This document shows positions 1 to 10,642 of a stretch of 51,081 nucleotides of DNA, in pieces. The translations under genes and the position numbers were made by a program. The stretch is taken from NCBI GenBank assembly GCA_005222975.1, contig NJBI01000022.1:1-51081 (forward strand), given 5' to 3'. The stretch's first letter is position 1, and every line of letters begins with the position of its first letter. The DNA comes from Promethearchaeota archaeon Loki_b31. Lineage in GTDB: Archaea; Asgardarchaeota; Lokiarchaeia; Sigyniarchaeales; SOKP01. The notes beneath the pieces are model-generated. The model made no database searches and was not told where the DNA came from. It saw nothing but the letters and a program-made list of their open reading frames with translations.

Positions 1-378
1 GACCCCCTTGTCGCTATATTGCCTTCAAACTTAGTATAATGCCGTTACCAGCGATGCATATTTGGGTAACAATATCTATAAGTCTTAAGGTTGGTTTCTT
101 GAAGATTCATCTTATCAATAACCCTACTATCCTTGTAATTAGTCAAATTCCTGCATTTAAAAATATCAATTAATGCCGCTCGAAATGCTGGTGATATTTT
201 AAAAAATCTTTAAGAATACGAAATTATTTAATGCGTTATAAATAGCGATGATCAAAATATTAAATTCATAACTGCTTACCTTAGCAGAGAAATACTTGTT
301 GAAAAAAAAAATATCATTTTTATATCCAAGGACAAGAACCCACTAATACAACCATTTATTGGCATAACACGTGCAGTC

Positions 379-567
379 ATGAAAGTGGGCACATTGAATA
401 AAGGAGTGTTAGAGTGTCTATTTGTGGTTTCCAATAAGGATGAAAAAGAATTAAGGCTAACACAACCAGATACGGGGCTAATACAAAAATATCATAATCT
501 TAAAACTACTCTAATGGAAGAAACGATAAGGAAGCAAGTCCCAGAACTAGAAGACCAAAATATGTAA
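379..567 (+). CDS. short hypothetical protein or gene remnant
   Basis: 62-aa ORF with no recognisable motif; its TAA overlaps the ATG at 567 (TAATG coupling). Confidence 0.25.
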   Translation: MKVGTLNKGVLECLFVVSNKDEKELRLTQPDTGLIQKYHNLKTTLMEETIRKQVPELEDQNM

Positions 568-898
568 TGGATGATTTTGAAGTAAATTGTTATATAAGAA
601 TAATTGAATATCTTGAGAAGGAACTGTATTCTCGTAGAGAAATTACAATTTTAGTAAGTAAGTCTTTACTCACTCTAATGAAATTAATGAGAGAAGGAAA
701 AAATAAGGAAGTTAAGAGAAGGAAAAAATAAGGAAGCATGAATCTAACAAGCAAGAGTTAGAAGATTTGAAAGTGGTTATAGATAAGAGATTTTTTTTTT
801 TACAGGAAAAAGTTAATGAAAGAGACTATCTTGAAGAGGATTTTTTTAAAGAGCTAATTAAAATGTATGCTAAAATTATCGAGAGGTTAAGGGAATAA
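567..898 (+). pseudogene. frameshifted small helical protein
   Basis: Starts MDDFEVNCYIRIIEYLEKEL..., is interrupted around a tandem duplication at 690-736, and resumes in another frame as ...KQELEDLKVVIDKRF...IIERLRE* (TAA 896-898). Confidence 0.35.
690..736. repeat. 22-bp direct repeat, period 25
   Basis: AGAGAAGGAAAAAATAAGGAAG at 690-711 and 715-736. Confidence 0.9.
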
Positions 899-1031
899 AT
901 TATAAATGTTAGAAAGATCACCCACCAATTTTTTTTGGGTAGCTACAAAACCCAGTGATGGGTTTTAACTCTTTCGCTACCTTCTTTTTTTAAAGGATCG
1001 CGAAGTATTCATTCCAAAGTTGCTGGTAATT

Positions 1032-1160
1032 TCCATTAAAAACGCACAGTTTTATCAAAATTTATTTTCCATACTTCGGAATTATGAAATCACTAAATTT
1101 AATGAAATGGAACCGTCAGTTGAGGATCTGTTTTTAAAAACGATATATCAGCGTTATTAG
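1032..1160 (+). pseudogene. possible C-terminal remnant of an ABC transporter ATP-binding protein
   Basis: Frame reads ...LFSILRNYEITKFNEMEPSVEDLFLKTIYQRY*, resembling the EPSLEDLFL tail of ABC-2 ATPases; no upstream ATPase domain. Confidence 0.3.
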
Positions 1161-1176
1161 CTTTATTATTCATTAT

Positions 1177-2349
1177 TTAAGATGAAAATGACTTATATAA
1201 CGATAATTCTTTTCTGATAATAGTGTTGAGAGAAACATTTTTTAAGATAAACTCCCTTGCATTGCATCCAAGTTCTTTCATCAACGGTTCATCATTATTT
1301 AATGTTAATATAGCATTCTTAATGGATTTAGAATCAGTCTCGCAGAGTATACCAGTTTTATTATGATCTATTATGTTTTTTATGCCCCAAACATTCGTTC
1401 CAATACAAGCTATACCACAGCTCATTGCCTCCAATAAAACTTTAGGGTTTCCTTCATGATACGATGGTAAAATAGCAATTCGATATTGATTCAGAATTTG
1501 GGGTAATTCATTATGAGAAATGACTCCTAAAAAATTGGCATCAACTTTATGTTCTTTAGCTAAATTCATAAGAGTTTCCTTTTCTCTACCTTGCCCGATA
1601 ATATCTAGCGTAAATCCTTTTAAATCTGCAAAAGCTTTTATTAAATTTACTAAATTTTTTACTTTACTCAAACGTCCAATAAATAACACATGATTATCTA
1701 ATTTTGCAATATTAAGAGGTCTAAAATGTGTTGTGTCAACAAAGTTAGATATGAGCTTGATTTTATGTTTTTTGTTTCTTAATCTGAAGGTATTTATTAT
1801 AAAATCAATATCAAAAGGATTTGTCAGTATAATTCTATCAGCTAATTTATAGGAAACAAATTCGTTAAAATAGAGTATAAGATAATGAATCCAGTATTTA
1901 AAAGAATTCATTTTAGAATAAGCTTTTCCTAAAATGTGAGACTTCAACCCTTCATATCCTGCTCTGATGATTAATTTTTTTCTGAACAATAATTTTATAA
2001 TTGTCGCAATCCAACTGCTTTCATCAAGCTGATCTGTTCTAACAATATCAATAGATTTAATTTGTTCCCTAAATTTTATTGGAATTAAAAGTGATTTTAA
2101 AAATTTTAATCTCTTACTCTTCAAATTAATAAAATCTAATACAGGAATGACATTAATCCCGTTTAATAGTTTTGAAAAATTTAAGTCATTTTTATTACCA
2201 AATGTTAAAAACGTAACATCTATATTTTTTTTTCTTAACCATAATGGAATTGTTAATTCTCTTGTTAAAAAACCATGTTGATTTAGTAAAGACATACTAT
2301 ATAAAAACGTGAATATGAATAAAACATGCATTTTGAACGATATCACCAT
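1177..2349 (-). CDS. glycosyltransferase family 4 (GT-B)
   Basis: VLFIGRLSKVKN, LPSYHEGNPKVLLEAMSCG (ExxxxxxxE motif), GILCE. Confidence 0.92.
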   Translation of the reverse strand: MVISFKMHVLFIFTFLYSMSLLNQHGFLTRELTIPLWLRKKNIDVTFLTFGNKNDLNFSKLLNGINVIPVLDFINLKSKRLKFLKSLLIPIKFREQIKSIDIVRTDQLDESSWIATIIKLLFRKKLIIRAGYEGLKSHILGKAYSKMNSFKYWIHYLILYFNEFVSYKLADRIILTNPFDIDFIINTFRLRNKKHKIKLISNFVDTTHFRPLNIAKLDNHVLFIGRLSKVKNLVNLIKAFADLKGFTLDIIGQGREKETLMNLAKEHKVDANFLGVISHNELPQILNQYRIAILPSYHEGNPKVLLEAMSCGIACIGTNVWGIKNIIDHNKTGILCETDSKSIKNAILTLNNDEPLMKELGCNAREFILKNVSLNTIIRKELSLYKSFSS

Positions 2350-2408
2350 TATCTATTATTATTTTTTTAATTTGTAAAAAGATTTTGAATTTTTCTTTAA
2401 TAGTTTTT

Positions 2409-3356
2409 TTATAAGTTCCAATAATATTTTTTTGCAATAACTTCCCAACTATTCGGTTTTTTGGCTAAAATGTTAAAACTAATAATAGAAAGATCCTCAT
2501 CACTTAATTTCTGAAATTCCTTATTAAAATCTTTTTTAATTATACTAATTCCCTTAGATTTCAATTTTCTGCTATTAATTTCTAATAAATCAAAGTTAAA
2601 TTTTTTAAAAATTTTTAAATATTGTGAATATCTAATTCTATTTGTATCTCCTATGAATCTCCAATATTTCTCAGGATATTTTAAAAAGTCTAGATAACAT
2701 TTATCTCTTATGTGAAGATGATCTCTTAAATCAACTTGATGATATGTAATCCCTCCTTTCTTTAGTAAAAGGTTGATCTTTTCAATAGTCAATTTTAAAT
2801 TATATACATGTTCTAAAACCGCATTTGAAAAAATAAAATCTATTGTTTCCTTTCTTAAAATATTAAAATTTTCAATAGCATTTTTACTAAAGTAAATTAT
2901 TTTTTTTTTAATTGAATCAAAATCTGTAAAATTATGAGAATTATGGTGGGTTATATAATATTTTATAAATAGATTATACAACATTAAATTAATTGAATTA
3001 TCAAAAATTTTTTTATATTTATCTACTAGATAAACCTTTTTCGCTCCTTTTAAAATAAAGATAATTGCTAATAATAAGGATTTACCCGGGCCAATTTCTA
3101 ATATTTTCTTATCCTTAAAACTATAATTTTTATCATATTTTCTAAGTGAATTTATAATAGAATTATATATTTTTTGATTACGAATTATTTTTGATTTTAT
3201 CAATTCTTCGATATTATTATACAAATATCTCTCATAAGTTGAACTTTCAACTTTCAAATACAGATGTTGAATGATGGGAAATTTTAAAATAATATTTCTG
3301 AAAATGTCTGATGAAGTTTCAAAAAAAATTTTTATTTCTCCTCTTAGATTTAACAA
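2409..3356 (-). CDS. class I SAM-dependent methyltransferase
   Basis: Motif I ILEIGPG, acidic LVDKY, DFIFSNAVLEHV, LLKKGG; start uncertain (TTG). Confidence 0.85.
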   Translation of the reverse strand: MLNLRGEIKIFFETSSDIFRNIILKFPIIQHLYLKVESSTYERYLYNNIEELIKSKIIRNQKIYNSIINSLRKYDKNYSFKDKKILEIGPGKSLLLAIIFILKGAKKVYLVDKYKKIFDNSINLMLYNLFIKYYITHHNSHNFTDFDSIKKKIIYFSKNAIENFNILRKETIDFIFSNAVLEHVYNLKLTIEKINLLLKKGGITYHQVDLRDHLHIRDKCYLDFLKYPEKYWRFIGDTNRIRYSQYLKIFKKFNFDLLEINSRKLKSKGISIIKKDFNKEFQKLSDEDLSIISFNILAKKPNSWEVIAKKYYWNL

Positions 3357-3692
3357 AATTATTAAACAAAATCTAACAACCTTGATTTTTTAGTGAAAAA
3401 TGATATACTTTCTTTAATTAAATTTTATTTTTAAATAAATATATTACATCCGTTAATATACGTTAGGTCTAATGATACTCTTTAAGAACTTCTTTCCAAA
3501 AAAAGAATTAAATAAAAATGATCTAATTTTGATGGAAACTTATCTTCCATGAAGAGATTTTCTTCATGTCTTTTTCGAAATCTTTTTTAACCAAATCTAA
3601 CTCTGAAAGATATTCAGGATAGTAGTTCTTTACCCATTTGTATAGTTCTTCTGCTTTATTGAAAGACGCCCTTTTTAAATGAGCAAAATTAA

Positions 3693-6518
3693 TTATTCAT
3701 TTTTATAGCTTATATCTCGTTTACGGATTACCACTGCGAGACTAATTGATGCGATGAATATTCCTATCATGCTTATATATAGTGCAACTGCTAATATCGA
3801 TTCTTGAACTTGTAACGTGATTGGGTCATTAATTCCACTCGGTTGAAAGGTTAAAAATACCGGTGCATCACCAACTATCACGTAATTTTCGTCCAAAGTC
3901 CTATTAGTGCCCGTGTAAATATCATGCATGAAAACGCTTCCCCCTACAGCGGAAAGGTCAAGATTAACCCTTACCGTTCCGCTTTCATAAAGTGTTGGAG
4001 CGTACCACATTATCAAGGTTGAAGTACCATCCTCTTGTCGATATAAGGATGCCATGAGATCAGTTGCTGAAATTCCTCGTTTTTTAATAATGAGATCCGG
4101 ACAATACGTGCTATTTGAGCAAAACTTACTGAATAAACTAAAAGCATGAGCTCCTTTTTTCCAGGTATAATTACTATAACATAAACCGTACCAATATTCG
4201 GAGTCAGGTAGAAAGGCGGGGATTTCTTCCTCAGCCCAATCTCTTGTACAGTACCAAATAACGGTTTTAATTTGAAGTGCTGAGGAAATAACCATTCTTT
4301 TTATCACGTTCTCGGCCAATTTTTCCATGGATACCGCGCCTGGATATGTTCCTCCAGTAGGATTTCCCATTTCAGTAATTACATAATCTCCCTTGAATCC
4401 ATATTTATTCCCTAAAGTAACATACTGCTTAATTCCTTGATACAATGTGTCAGGATCGAAGGTATAAAAATGGAAAGAAATTGCGTCTACGTGTTTCATG
4501 ATTCCTAGCTTAAACATTTCTTCTAAATGAGGGGGGAAATACGGAGAGCCAGCAGATGCTAGTGAGGGTCCCATAATATAAAGGTCGGGGTCAATATCAT
4601 GAATTAAATTGACAACTCGTCCGAAAAGATAGTAGTAATGTTCAATTGGTCCGTCCCAGAATCGTTTTTGATCAGGTTCATTCCAAATATCCCAAGCTGC
4701 GACCGTATCATTATAGCGTCTGATGGTTTTATTTACAAACTCTAGATAATGATCGATATATTTGGGTGGAACGTATTCTGTCGTGCTTAGATTTAACCAA
4801 GATGGGGGATGATTCAAGTTAGCGATTATTTTAATGTTATATTTAGTACAATTTGCCACATAATCGTCGAAGCCAGAATAATTATAATTATCATTACTCC
4901 ATTCAATATCTCTCCAGGGAAAACCGGTGTTCGTCCAACGTACTCCGAGCTTCGTCAAATTATTATATTCCCATTCTTCCCCGGTATACCCTGCGCACCC
5001 TGCTCCGCAGAAGTCTTCAAGCTCATATCTTTCTTTTTCAGGAAAAACTAATGGTGGTCCCTTTTCTGTAAGGTTCAAGATTATAAATGGTGAAATTAAA
5101 CCTCCAAGAATAATTGCAAGGATTACAACCCCACTTTTTTTTACTTGCAGTTCTTTCCTTGGTAAACTTTCTTTGGTCATGGATTTCTTAGTTGCTTCCC
5201 TCAACTTTTTTAATCCTTCAAAACTACCCTTCTTATTATTCATGGATTTTTTCTCCTTCTTTCGTTTTGATACATATTTTTCAATAGAAAACAATCCGAG
5301 ATTAATACAAAAAATGAAAGTAAGAATCAAAACTATAATTAAATTAATTAAATTTCCCAACGAAATGGTTCCAAGAAAAAAGGCAATATAATCTAAATAA
5401 CCATAATAAGCAAATAGGTACAATCCGAGAGTCCAAGAAAGGGTAACACCCACAATTGTCGAAACATAACTACTGGAAGTTTGATTGCTCCCTTGTAAGA
5501 AAAGCCTCATTATAGCATAGCCGAGGGTAAGTGGGGCGAATGAACAAATCCCCATGATTGACAGCGCTATAAAGGGCAATATAATACCATCTCCTATAAT
5601 TGGAAATCTAAACTTTGAATTTAATAATGCAATTCCGAATCCTAAATAAAATAAAGGAGAAAAAAATGGCCCAATTATTAAGTAATAATTATCTTCTGGG
5701 GCGCCGGTGGTCATATTGGGGTCCCATTGCATTATTATTGAAAAAACGATTAATACAAACAAGAAAAACAAGCTTAAATTACGTGAAAGCAATTTTGGAA
5801 CTGATTTCTTCTTTTCTATTTGTGTTTCATCCGTTTTTCTCAATATCATTTGCTTAAAATTCCGGTAAACAACACGGGAATCGTGCGTCTCCGGATGTTT
5901 TCCATGATTGATGATGGATAATGGAACCATGATTGAGTGAAAAATTGAAGAAAATATCGAAAAATAAACGGGATATTGGGAGATTGAGATTATTCCGAGA
6001 GTTGCTAACCATGAGACGGCAAAAATTCCCATGAACACGCTAAATTTACGTTTATCTTTAAGATTTGTAATGAGTGAAGGTTTGTCTAAGTTCATTATAA
6101 TAGCAGAGATAAGTATTAAACCAATTATAATGAAATAAAAATAAAACAGCCATGTAAATGGAATATAAGGATTAAACTCATCTCGTGTCTGTAAAACAAT
6201 TAAAAAAATTAAGAAACTAATACTAATTAATAAATGAATGAGCCATTCCATTTTGCGAAACAAACTCCTATACTTCTCAATTCGACAGAATATCCCTACT
6301 ATATAAGCTATTAAAAATGGGAATAAAACTGCTAATAAATCCCAAGTATTCTCAGTAGGTAGCAGATCTCCCTTGTATATAATCCAAAAAAATTGAATGC
6401 CAAAAAAAATAAAGATTTCCATCAAACCAAATAACTTTACCGTCAATAAGCCTATTTTTGGAATAGAAGTTTTTATGGGCTTCATTTTCTTTATACTCAT
6501 TTCGTTGACTAATATCAA
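3693..6518 (-). CDS. polytopic membrane protein fused to a clan GH-A glycoside hydrolase (GH39/GH5-like) with a C-terminal TM anchor
   Basis: About a dozen hydrophobic segments in the first ~490 aa; then LGVRW, FPWRDIE, WDIWNEPD (acid/base), DAISFHFY, VITEMG (nucleophile); C-terminal TM plus RKR. Confidence 0.8.
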   Translation of the reverse strand: MILVNEMSIKKMKPIKTSIPKIGLLTVKLFGLMEIFIFFGIQFFWIIYKGDLLPTENTWDLLAVLFPFLIAYIVGIFCRIEKYRSLFRKMEWLIHLLISISFLIFLIVLQTRDEFNPYIPFTWLFYFYFIIIGLILISAIIMNLDKPSLITNLKDKRKFSVFMGIFAVSWLATLGIISISQYPVYFSIFSSIFHSIMVPLSIINHGKHPETHDSRVVYRNFKQMILRKTDETQIEKKKSVPKLLSRNLSLFFLFVLIVFSIIMQWDPNMTTGAPEDNYYLIIGPFFSPLFYLGFGIALLNSKFRFPIIGDGIILPFIALSIMGICSFAPLTLGYAIMRLFLQGSNQTSSSYVSTIVGVTLSWTLGLYLFAYYGYLDYIAFFLGTISLGNLINLIIVLILTFIFCINLGLFSIEKYVSKRKKEKKSMNNKKGSFEGLKKLREATKKSMTKESLPRKELQVKKSGVVILAIILGGLISPFIILNLTEKGPPLVFPEKERYELEDFCGAGCAGYTGEEWEYNNLTKLGVRWTNTGFPWRDIEWSNDNYNYSGFDDYVANCTKYNIKIIANLNHPPSWLNLSTTEYVPPKYIDHYLEFVNKTIRRYNDTVAAWDIWNEPDQKRFWDGPIEHYYYLFGRVVNLIHDIDPDLYIMGPSLASAGSPYFPPHLEEMFKLGIMKHVDAISFHFYTFDPDTLYQGIKQYVTLGNKYGFKGDYVITEMGNPTGGTYPGAVSMEKLAENVIKRMVISSALQIKTVIWYCTRDWAEEEIPAFLPDSEYWYGLCYSNYTWKKGAHAFSLFSKFCSNSTYCPDLIIKKRGISATDLMASLYRQEDGTSTLIMWYAPTLYESGTVRVNLDLSAVGGSVFMHDIYTGTNRTLDENYVIVGDAPVFLTFQPSGINDPITLQVQESILAVALYISMIGIFIASISLAVVIRKRDISYKNE

Positions 6519-7068
6519 TTATAAATTTGTCTTTTAAAAAATTCACGGTCACACCTTTTTAAAGGTTCATATTTTAATGGACTAGAAGTTCCGAATGTTC
6601 AATTTTAATGGGAATATTGTCGCGCGCTCATCATTAAATATTAACTCGAAGAATGCTCCTGAAAAAGAATGTCCGAAAATCTTAAGAGAGAGGTTCAAAC
6701 TTACTAAAAGTGGAAAAAGGAAGGAATTATTGACAAATAATTACCTGTAAATTTAAAAATAAAATGTAATCAATTATTCAAATGTTTATTTCCAAATCTT
6801 ATAATTTATATAATTCTAGAAGAAGTATAATAGCTTAATCTTATATCATCAAATAATCAACCTATATTAAGCCTAATTGAGTTTTGAAATTTAAAGTTCC
6901 GATATTTATCAAAATGCTCAATAAAGAAAAAAAAATGAAAAATCTAAATCTTTTCATTTTAATTTGTAGATTCAAAAAAATCTAGATTAGGACAAAAATT
7001 TAATTATGTTTAATTCTTTAATTTACTTATAGCATTTTTCCACTTAACATAATCTGGCATTTTTTATA

Positions 7069-8094
7069 ATGTCTAATTTACGAAATCCCCCATATGATGC
7101 TTGGTTGCACTTGGTTACTTCATATCAATGTAATTTAGAGTGTAATTACTGTATTGCTGGAATAAGATACGTATCAGAAATATTTACAAAAACTTATCCC
7201 ATTAATATTTCTGCTTTAATAAATACTCTTAACGATTCAAATAAGATTTATAGATTTGATTTTACAGGTGGAGAACCTTTTTTAGTTTCAAATATGGTTG
7301 AACTTTGTATTGAATTAACAAAAAAACACTTCATTGCTATTAATACTAACTTGACGTCTAAAAAAGTAAAAGAATTTGCTGAAAAAATTGATCCTGAAAG
7401 GGTCTTATTTATTAACGCTTCATGTCACATTAAAGAATTAGAAAGAAAGAATTTATTAAGTAGATACATTCATAATTTTTTATTATGTAAAAACAGAGGA
7501 TTTAATATTGGGGCTATTGAAGTTGGATATCCTCCACTTTTGAAAGAGGTCGATAAATATAAAAAATTTTTTTTAGAAAAGGGAATTGATTTAACATTTA
7601 GCCCTTATATGGGAAACTATAAAGGAAAAATTTACCCTGATTCCTATAGTGAAAAAGAACGTAAGATTTTGGGCCTAACAGAAAAGGATATTAACCCGTT
7701 TTACCAATATGGAAAATTATGTAATGCAGGGTATAATGTTGGTATAATCCATCCAAATGGAGATATCCGTTATTGTTTTTACATTAATAAATCTTTTGGA
7801 AACATCTATGAAGGATTTAAATTTAAGGATAAATTAATAAGGTGTCCATTTAAGTTTTGCGTTTGCCCTGTGAATATGTATGATCCTTACCTTTTTAGAA
7901 AAGCAATAAATGAAGTTGGCCCTTATGGTGCAGAATGGATTCAACCTTTTAAATATAGAATTAAAGAATATATGAAAAATTTATTTTTTGAAGCGAAACA
8001 AAACTATCTAACAGATAACACTAGAAAATTAATCATCGAAAAAGTTATGAGAAATAAATTTTCTCGTAAATATCTTTTTAAACATTGGATTTAA
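7069..8094 (+). CDS. radical SAM/SPASM-type protein, copy 1
   Basis: CNLECNYC (CxxxCxxC), TGGEPF, INTNL; C-terminal CNAG...C...CPFKFCVCP cluster. Confidence 0.9.
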   Translation: MSNLRNPPYDAWLHLVTSYQCNLECNYCIAGIRYVSEIFTKTYPINISALINTLNDSNKIYRFDFTGGEPFLVSNMVELCIELTKKHFIAINTNLTSKKVKEFAEKIDPERVLFINASCHIKELERKNLLSRYIHNFLLCKNRGFNIGAIEVGYPPLLKEVDKYKKFFLEKGIDLTFSPYMGNYKGKIYPDSYSEKERKILGLTEKDINPFYQYGKLCNAGYNVGIIHPNGDIRYCFYINKSFGNIYEGFKFKDKLIRCPFKFCVCPVNMYDPYLFRKAINEVGPYGAEWIQPFKYRIKEYMKNLFFEAKQNYLTDNTRKLIIEKVMRNKFSRKYLFKHWI

Positions 8095-8153
8095 TAGTAT
8101 TATGGACGGATTTAAAATAATTTATTACCAAACGTAATTTGGTATTTTTTATA

Positions 8154-9215
8154 ATGTCTAATTTGCGAAATCCTCAATATGATGCTTGGTTATTCTGGGT
8201 TCCTACATATCAATGTAATTTAGAGTGTAATTACTGTAAAAATGCGTGGTGGAGCGGGTACTCAAGATACGTATCAGAAATATTTACAAAAACTGATAAC
8301 ATTAATATTTCTGCTTTAAAAAATACTCTTAACAATTCAAATAAGATTTATAGAATTGATTTTACAGGTGGAGAACCTTTTTTAGTTTCAAATATGGTTG
8401 AACTTTGTATTGAATTAACAAAAAAACACTTCATTAGTTTTAATACTAACTTGACATCTAAAAAAGTAAAAGAATTTGCTGAAAAAATTAATCCTGAAAG
8501 GGTCTTATTTATTAACGCTTCATGTCACATTAAAGAATTAGAAAGAATGAATTTATTAAGTAGATACATTCATAATTTTTTATTATGTAAAAACAGAGGA
8601 TTTGATATTAGGGCTATTGAAGTTGGATATCCTCCACTTTTGAAAGAGAGCGATAAATATAAAAGATTTTTTTTAGAAAAGGGAATTGAATTAACATTTA
8701 GCCCTTATCATGGAAAATATAAAGGAAAATTTTACCCTGATTCCTATAGTGAAAAAGAACTTAAGATTTTTGGCCTAACAGAAAAGGATATTAACCAGTT
8801 TTACCAATATGGAAAATTATGTAATGCAGGGTATAATGTTGGTATAATTCATCCAAATGGAGATATCCGTTATTGTTTTTTAATTAATAAATCTCTTGGA
8901 AACATCTATGAAGGAATTAAATTTAATGATAAATTAACAAGGTGTCCATTTAAGTATTGCTATTGCCCTCTGAATATTTTTGATCCTTACCTTTTTAGAA
9001 AAGCAATAAGTGAAGTTGGTTCTTATGATTCAGAATGGATTCAACCTTTTAAAAATAGAATTAAAGAATATATGGAAAATTTATTTCCGCTTAAGTGTCA
9101 CAACCAGATTGAAAGGAAACAAAACTATCTAACAGATAACACTAGAAAATTAATCATCGAAATATTTATGAGAAATAAATTTACTCGTAAATATCTTTTT
9201 AAACATTGGATTTAA
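8154..9215 (+). CDS. radical SAM/SPASM-type protein, copy 2
   Basis: Same motifs as copy 1; start set to ATG 8154 by alignment with copy 1. Confidence 0.9.
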   Translation: MSNLRNPQYDAWLFWVPTYQCNLECNYCKNAWWSGYSRYVSEIFTKTDNINISALKNTLNNSNKIYRIDFTGGEPFLVSNMVELCIELTKKHFISFNTNLTSKKVKEFAEKINPERVLFINASCHIKELERMNLLSRYIHNFLLCKNRGFDIRAIEVGYPPLLKESDKYKRFFLEKGIELTFSPYHGKYKGKFYPDSYSEKELKIFGLTEKDINQFYQYGKLCNAGYNVGIIHPNGDIRYCFLINKSLGNIYEGIKFNDKLTRCPFKYCYCPLNIFDPYLFRKAISEVGSYDSEWIQPFKNRIKEYMENLFPLKCHNQIERKQNYLTDNTRKLIIEIFMRNKFTRKYLFKHWI

Positions 9216-9274
9216 TATTATTAAGGACGGATTTAAAATAATTTATTACTAGACATAATTTGGTATTTTTTATA

Positions 9275-9496
9275 ATGTCTAATTTGCGAAATCCACAATA
9301 TGATGCTTGGTTGCTCTTGGTTACTTCATATCAATGTAATTTGGATTGTGATTATTGTTTTCTTGAAAAAGCAAACAGATATATTTCAGATACTTATAAC
9401 ATTAATATTTCTGAAGTAAAAAATACTCTTAACGATTCAAATAAGATTTATAAAATTCCTCTTTCAGGTGGAGGGGAACCTTTTATGTTGTTTTAA
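9275..9496 (+). pseudogene. radical SAM protein copy 3, truncated after GGEPF
   Basis: MSNLRNPQYDAW...CNLDCDYC...SGGGEPF, then homology stops where it meets the 3' end of the convergent GT2 gene. Confidence 0.85.
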
Positions 9497-10293
9497 AAAT
9501 TTCTTTTTTGCGGTTTAAATTCTATTTCTTCTGTCATTTTGGTCCAACCAATAAATTGTTTTATCCAACCTATTAATCCATGATTATGTGAATGATAAAC
9601 TTTAAAATTTGGTTCATGAACTATAACAAATCCTTTTGCTACCCAATGTCTCGCCCAATCATGATCTTCTCCCCCACCAGCAAATTTTTCATTTATATTA
9701 TATTTCTCCCATAAATCTCTACGGATAATTGCATTTGTGAAGCCAAGTGCTCCTATTTTCATTTTTTTAGCGACGGTAATAGGAAACCATTGAAATAGGA
9801 AAATATGAAAATAAGGGCCAAGTCTTCCTATTTTCATATTTTTAACATTACTTATTATGAATCTTCTATTTCCGAAGTCTCTGCTAAAAAAATACATAAT
9901 ATTTTCAAACAGAGATACTCCGTAGTGCATAAGTGGATAGCCATAAACTCCTGCAACCTTTTCACTCTTAAAATTGTTTAAACCGTTTTCTAACCATTTA
10001 GTATTGATTGGGATAGAGTGCCCACTTAAAAACACAATATTTTCACCGATACTTTCTCTAATACCAAAATTACAAGCATATGGATAGGTAAATTTTCCTT
10101 CTGGTATTTTAACAATTTTACAATTATATTTTTTAGCAATTTCTAATGTTTTATCAGTTGAATTATCATCAACAATTACAATCTCAAAATTTTTATAAGT
10201 TTGTTTTTTTAGCATTAACAAAACATGTTCTAAATATCTTTCTTCATTCTTTGTTCTAATAATTATTGAAGTTTCAAGATTTTTTTTTTCCAT
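9493..10293 (-). CDS. glycosyltransferase family 2 (GT-A)
   Basis: SIIIRTKNEE, EIVIVDDNSTDKT, VFLSGH, NAIIRRDLWE, GEDHDW, VYHSH. Confidence 0.92.
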   Translation of the reverse strand: MEKKNLETSIIIRTKNEERYLEHVLLMLKKQTYKNFEIVIVDDNSTDKTLEIAKKYNCKIVKIPEGKFTYPYACNFGIRESIGENIVFLSGHSIPINTKWLENGLNNFKSEKVAGVYGYPLMHYGVSLFENIMYFFSRDFGNRRFIISNVKNMKIGRLGPYFHIFLFQWFPITVAKKMKIGALGFTNAIIRRDLWEKYNINEKFAGGGEDHDWARHWVAKGFVIVHEPNFKVYHSHNHGLIGWIKQFIGWTKMTEEIEFKPQKRNF

Positions 10294-10642
10294 AATTTTT
10301 ATGCTGCTTTATTAATTCAATATTTAATTCATTATTGTCTTTAGCTCCGCAATTAATACAATATCTTCTAGTTTTTTTATTAACTTGTCCACATTTATTG
10401 CATAAAACTTCATCTACTAACATGAAAATTCGCTTTAAAAATATTTTTCAATTACTTAATTGGAATTCTCTTTTTTTAGATACTGAAATAAATCAAATCT
10501 AGATAATTTACAAAAATATAAAAATTTTTATTGAAAAGTTCAATACCGCCCCTACTCCCTATAGAAGTGGTTGTTTTACAGGTTTTATAGAAGGTATTTA
10601 GGGAACTGGAAGTATTGAAAAATTAAAAAAAAATAAAAAGCT

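Larger units (their letters stand above)
7051..9487 (+). repeat. tandem gene duplication, ~1.1-kb unit, about 2.2 copies
   Basis: ATGs at 7069, 8154 and 9275; the intergenic spacer 8095-8153 recurs nearly identically at 9216-9274. Confidence 0.92.

Noticed and set aside
7069-9496. Diversity-generating retroelement (TR/VR) as the source of radical SAM variation
   Set aside because: Differences involve all four bases plus indels across the whole gene, and no reverse transcriptase is present in the window.
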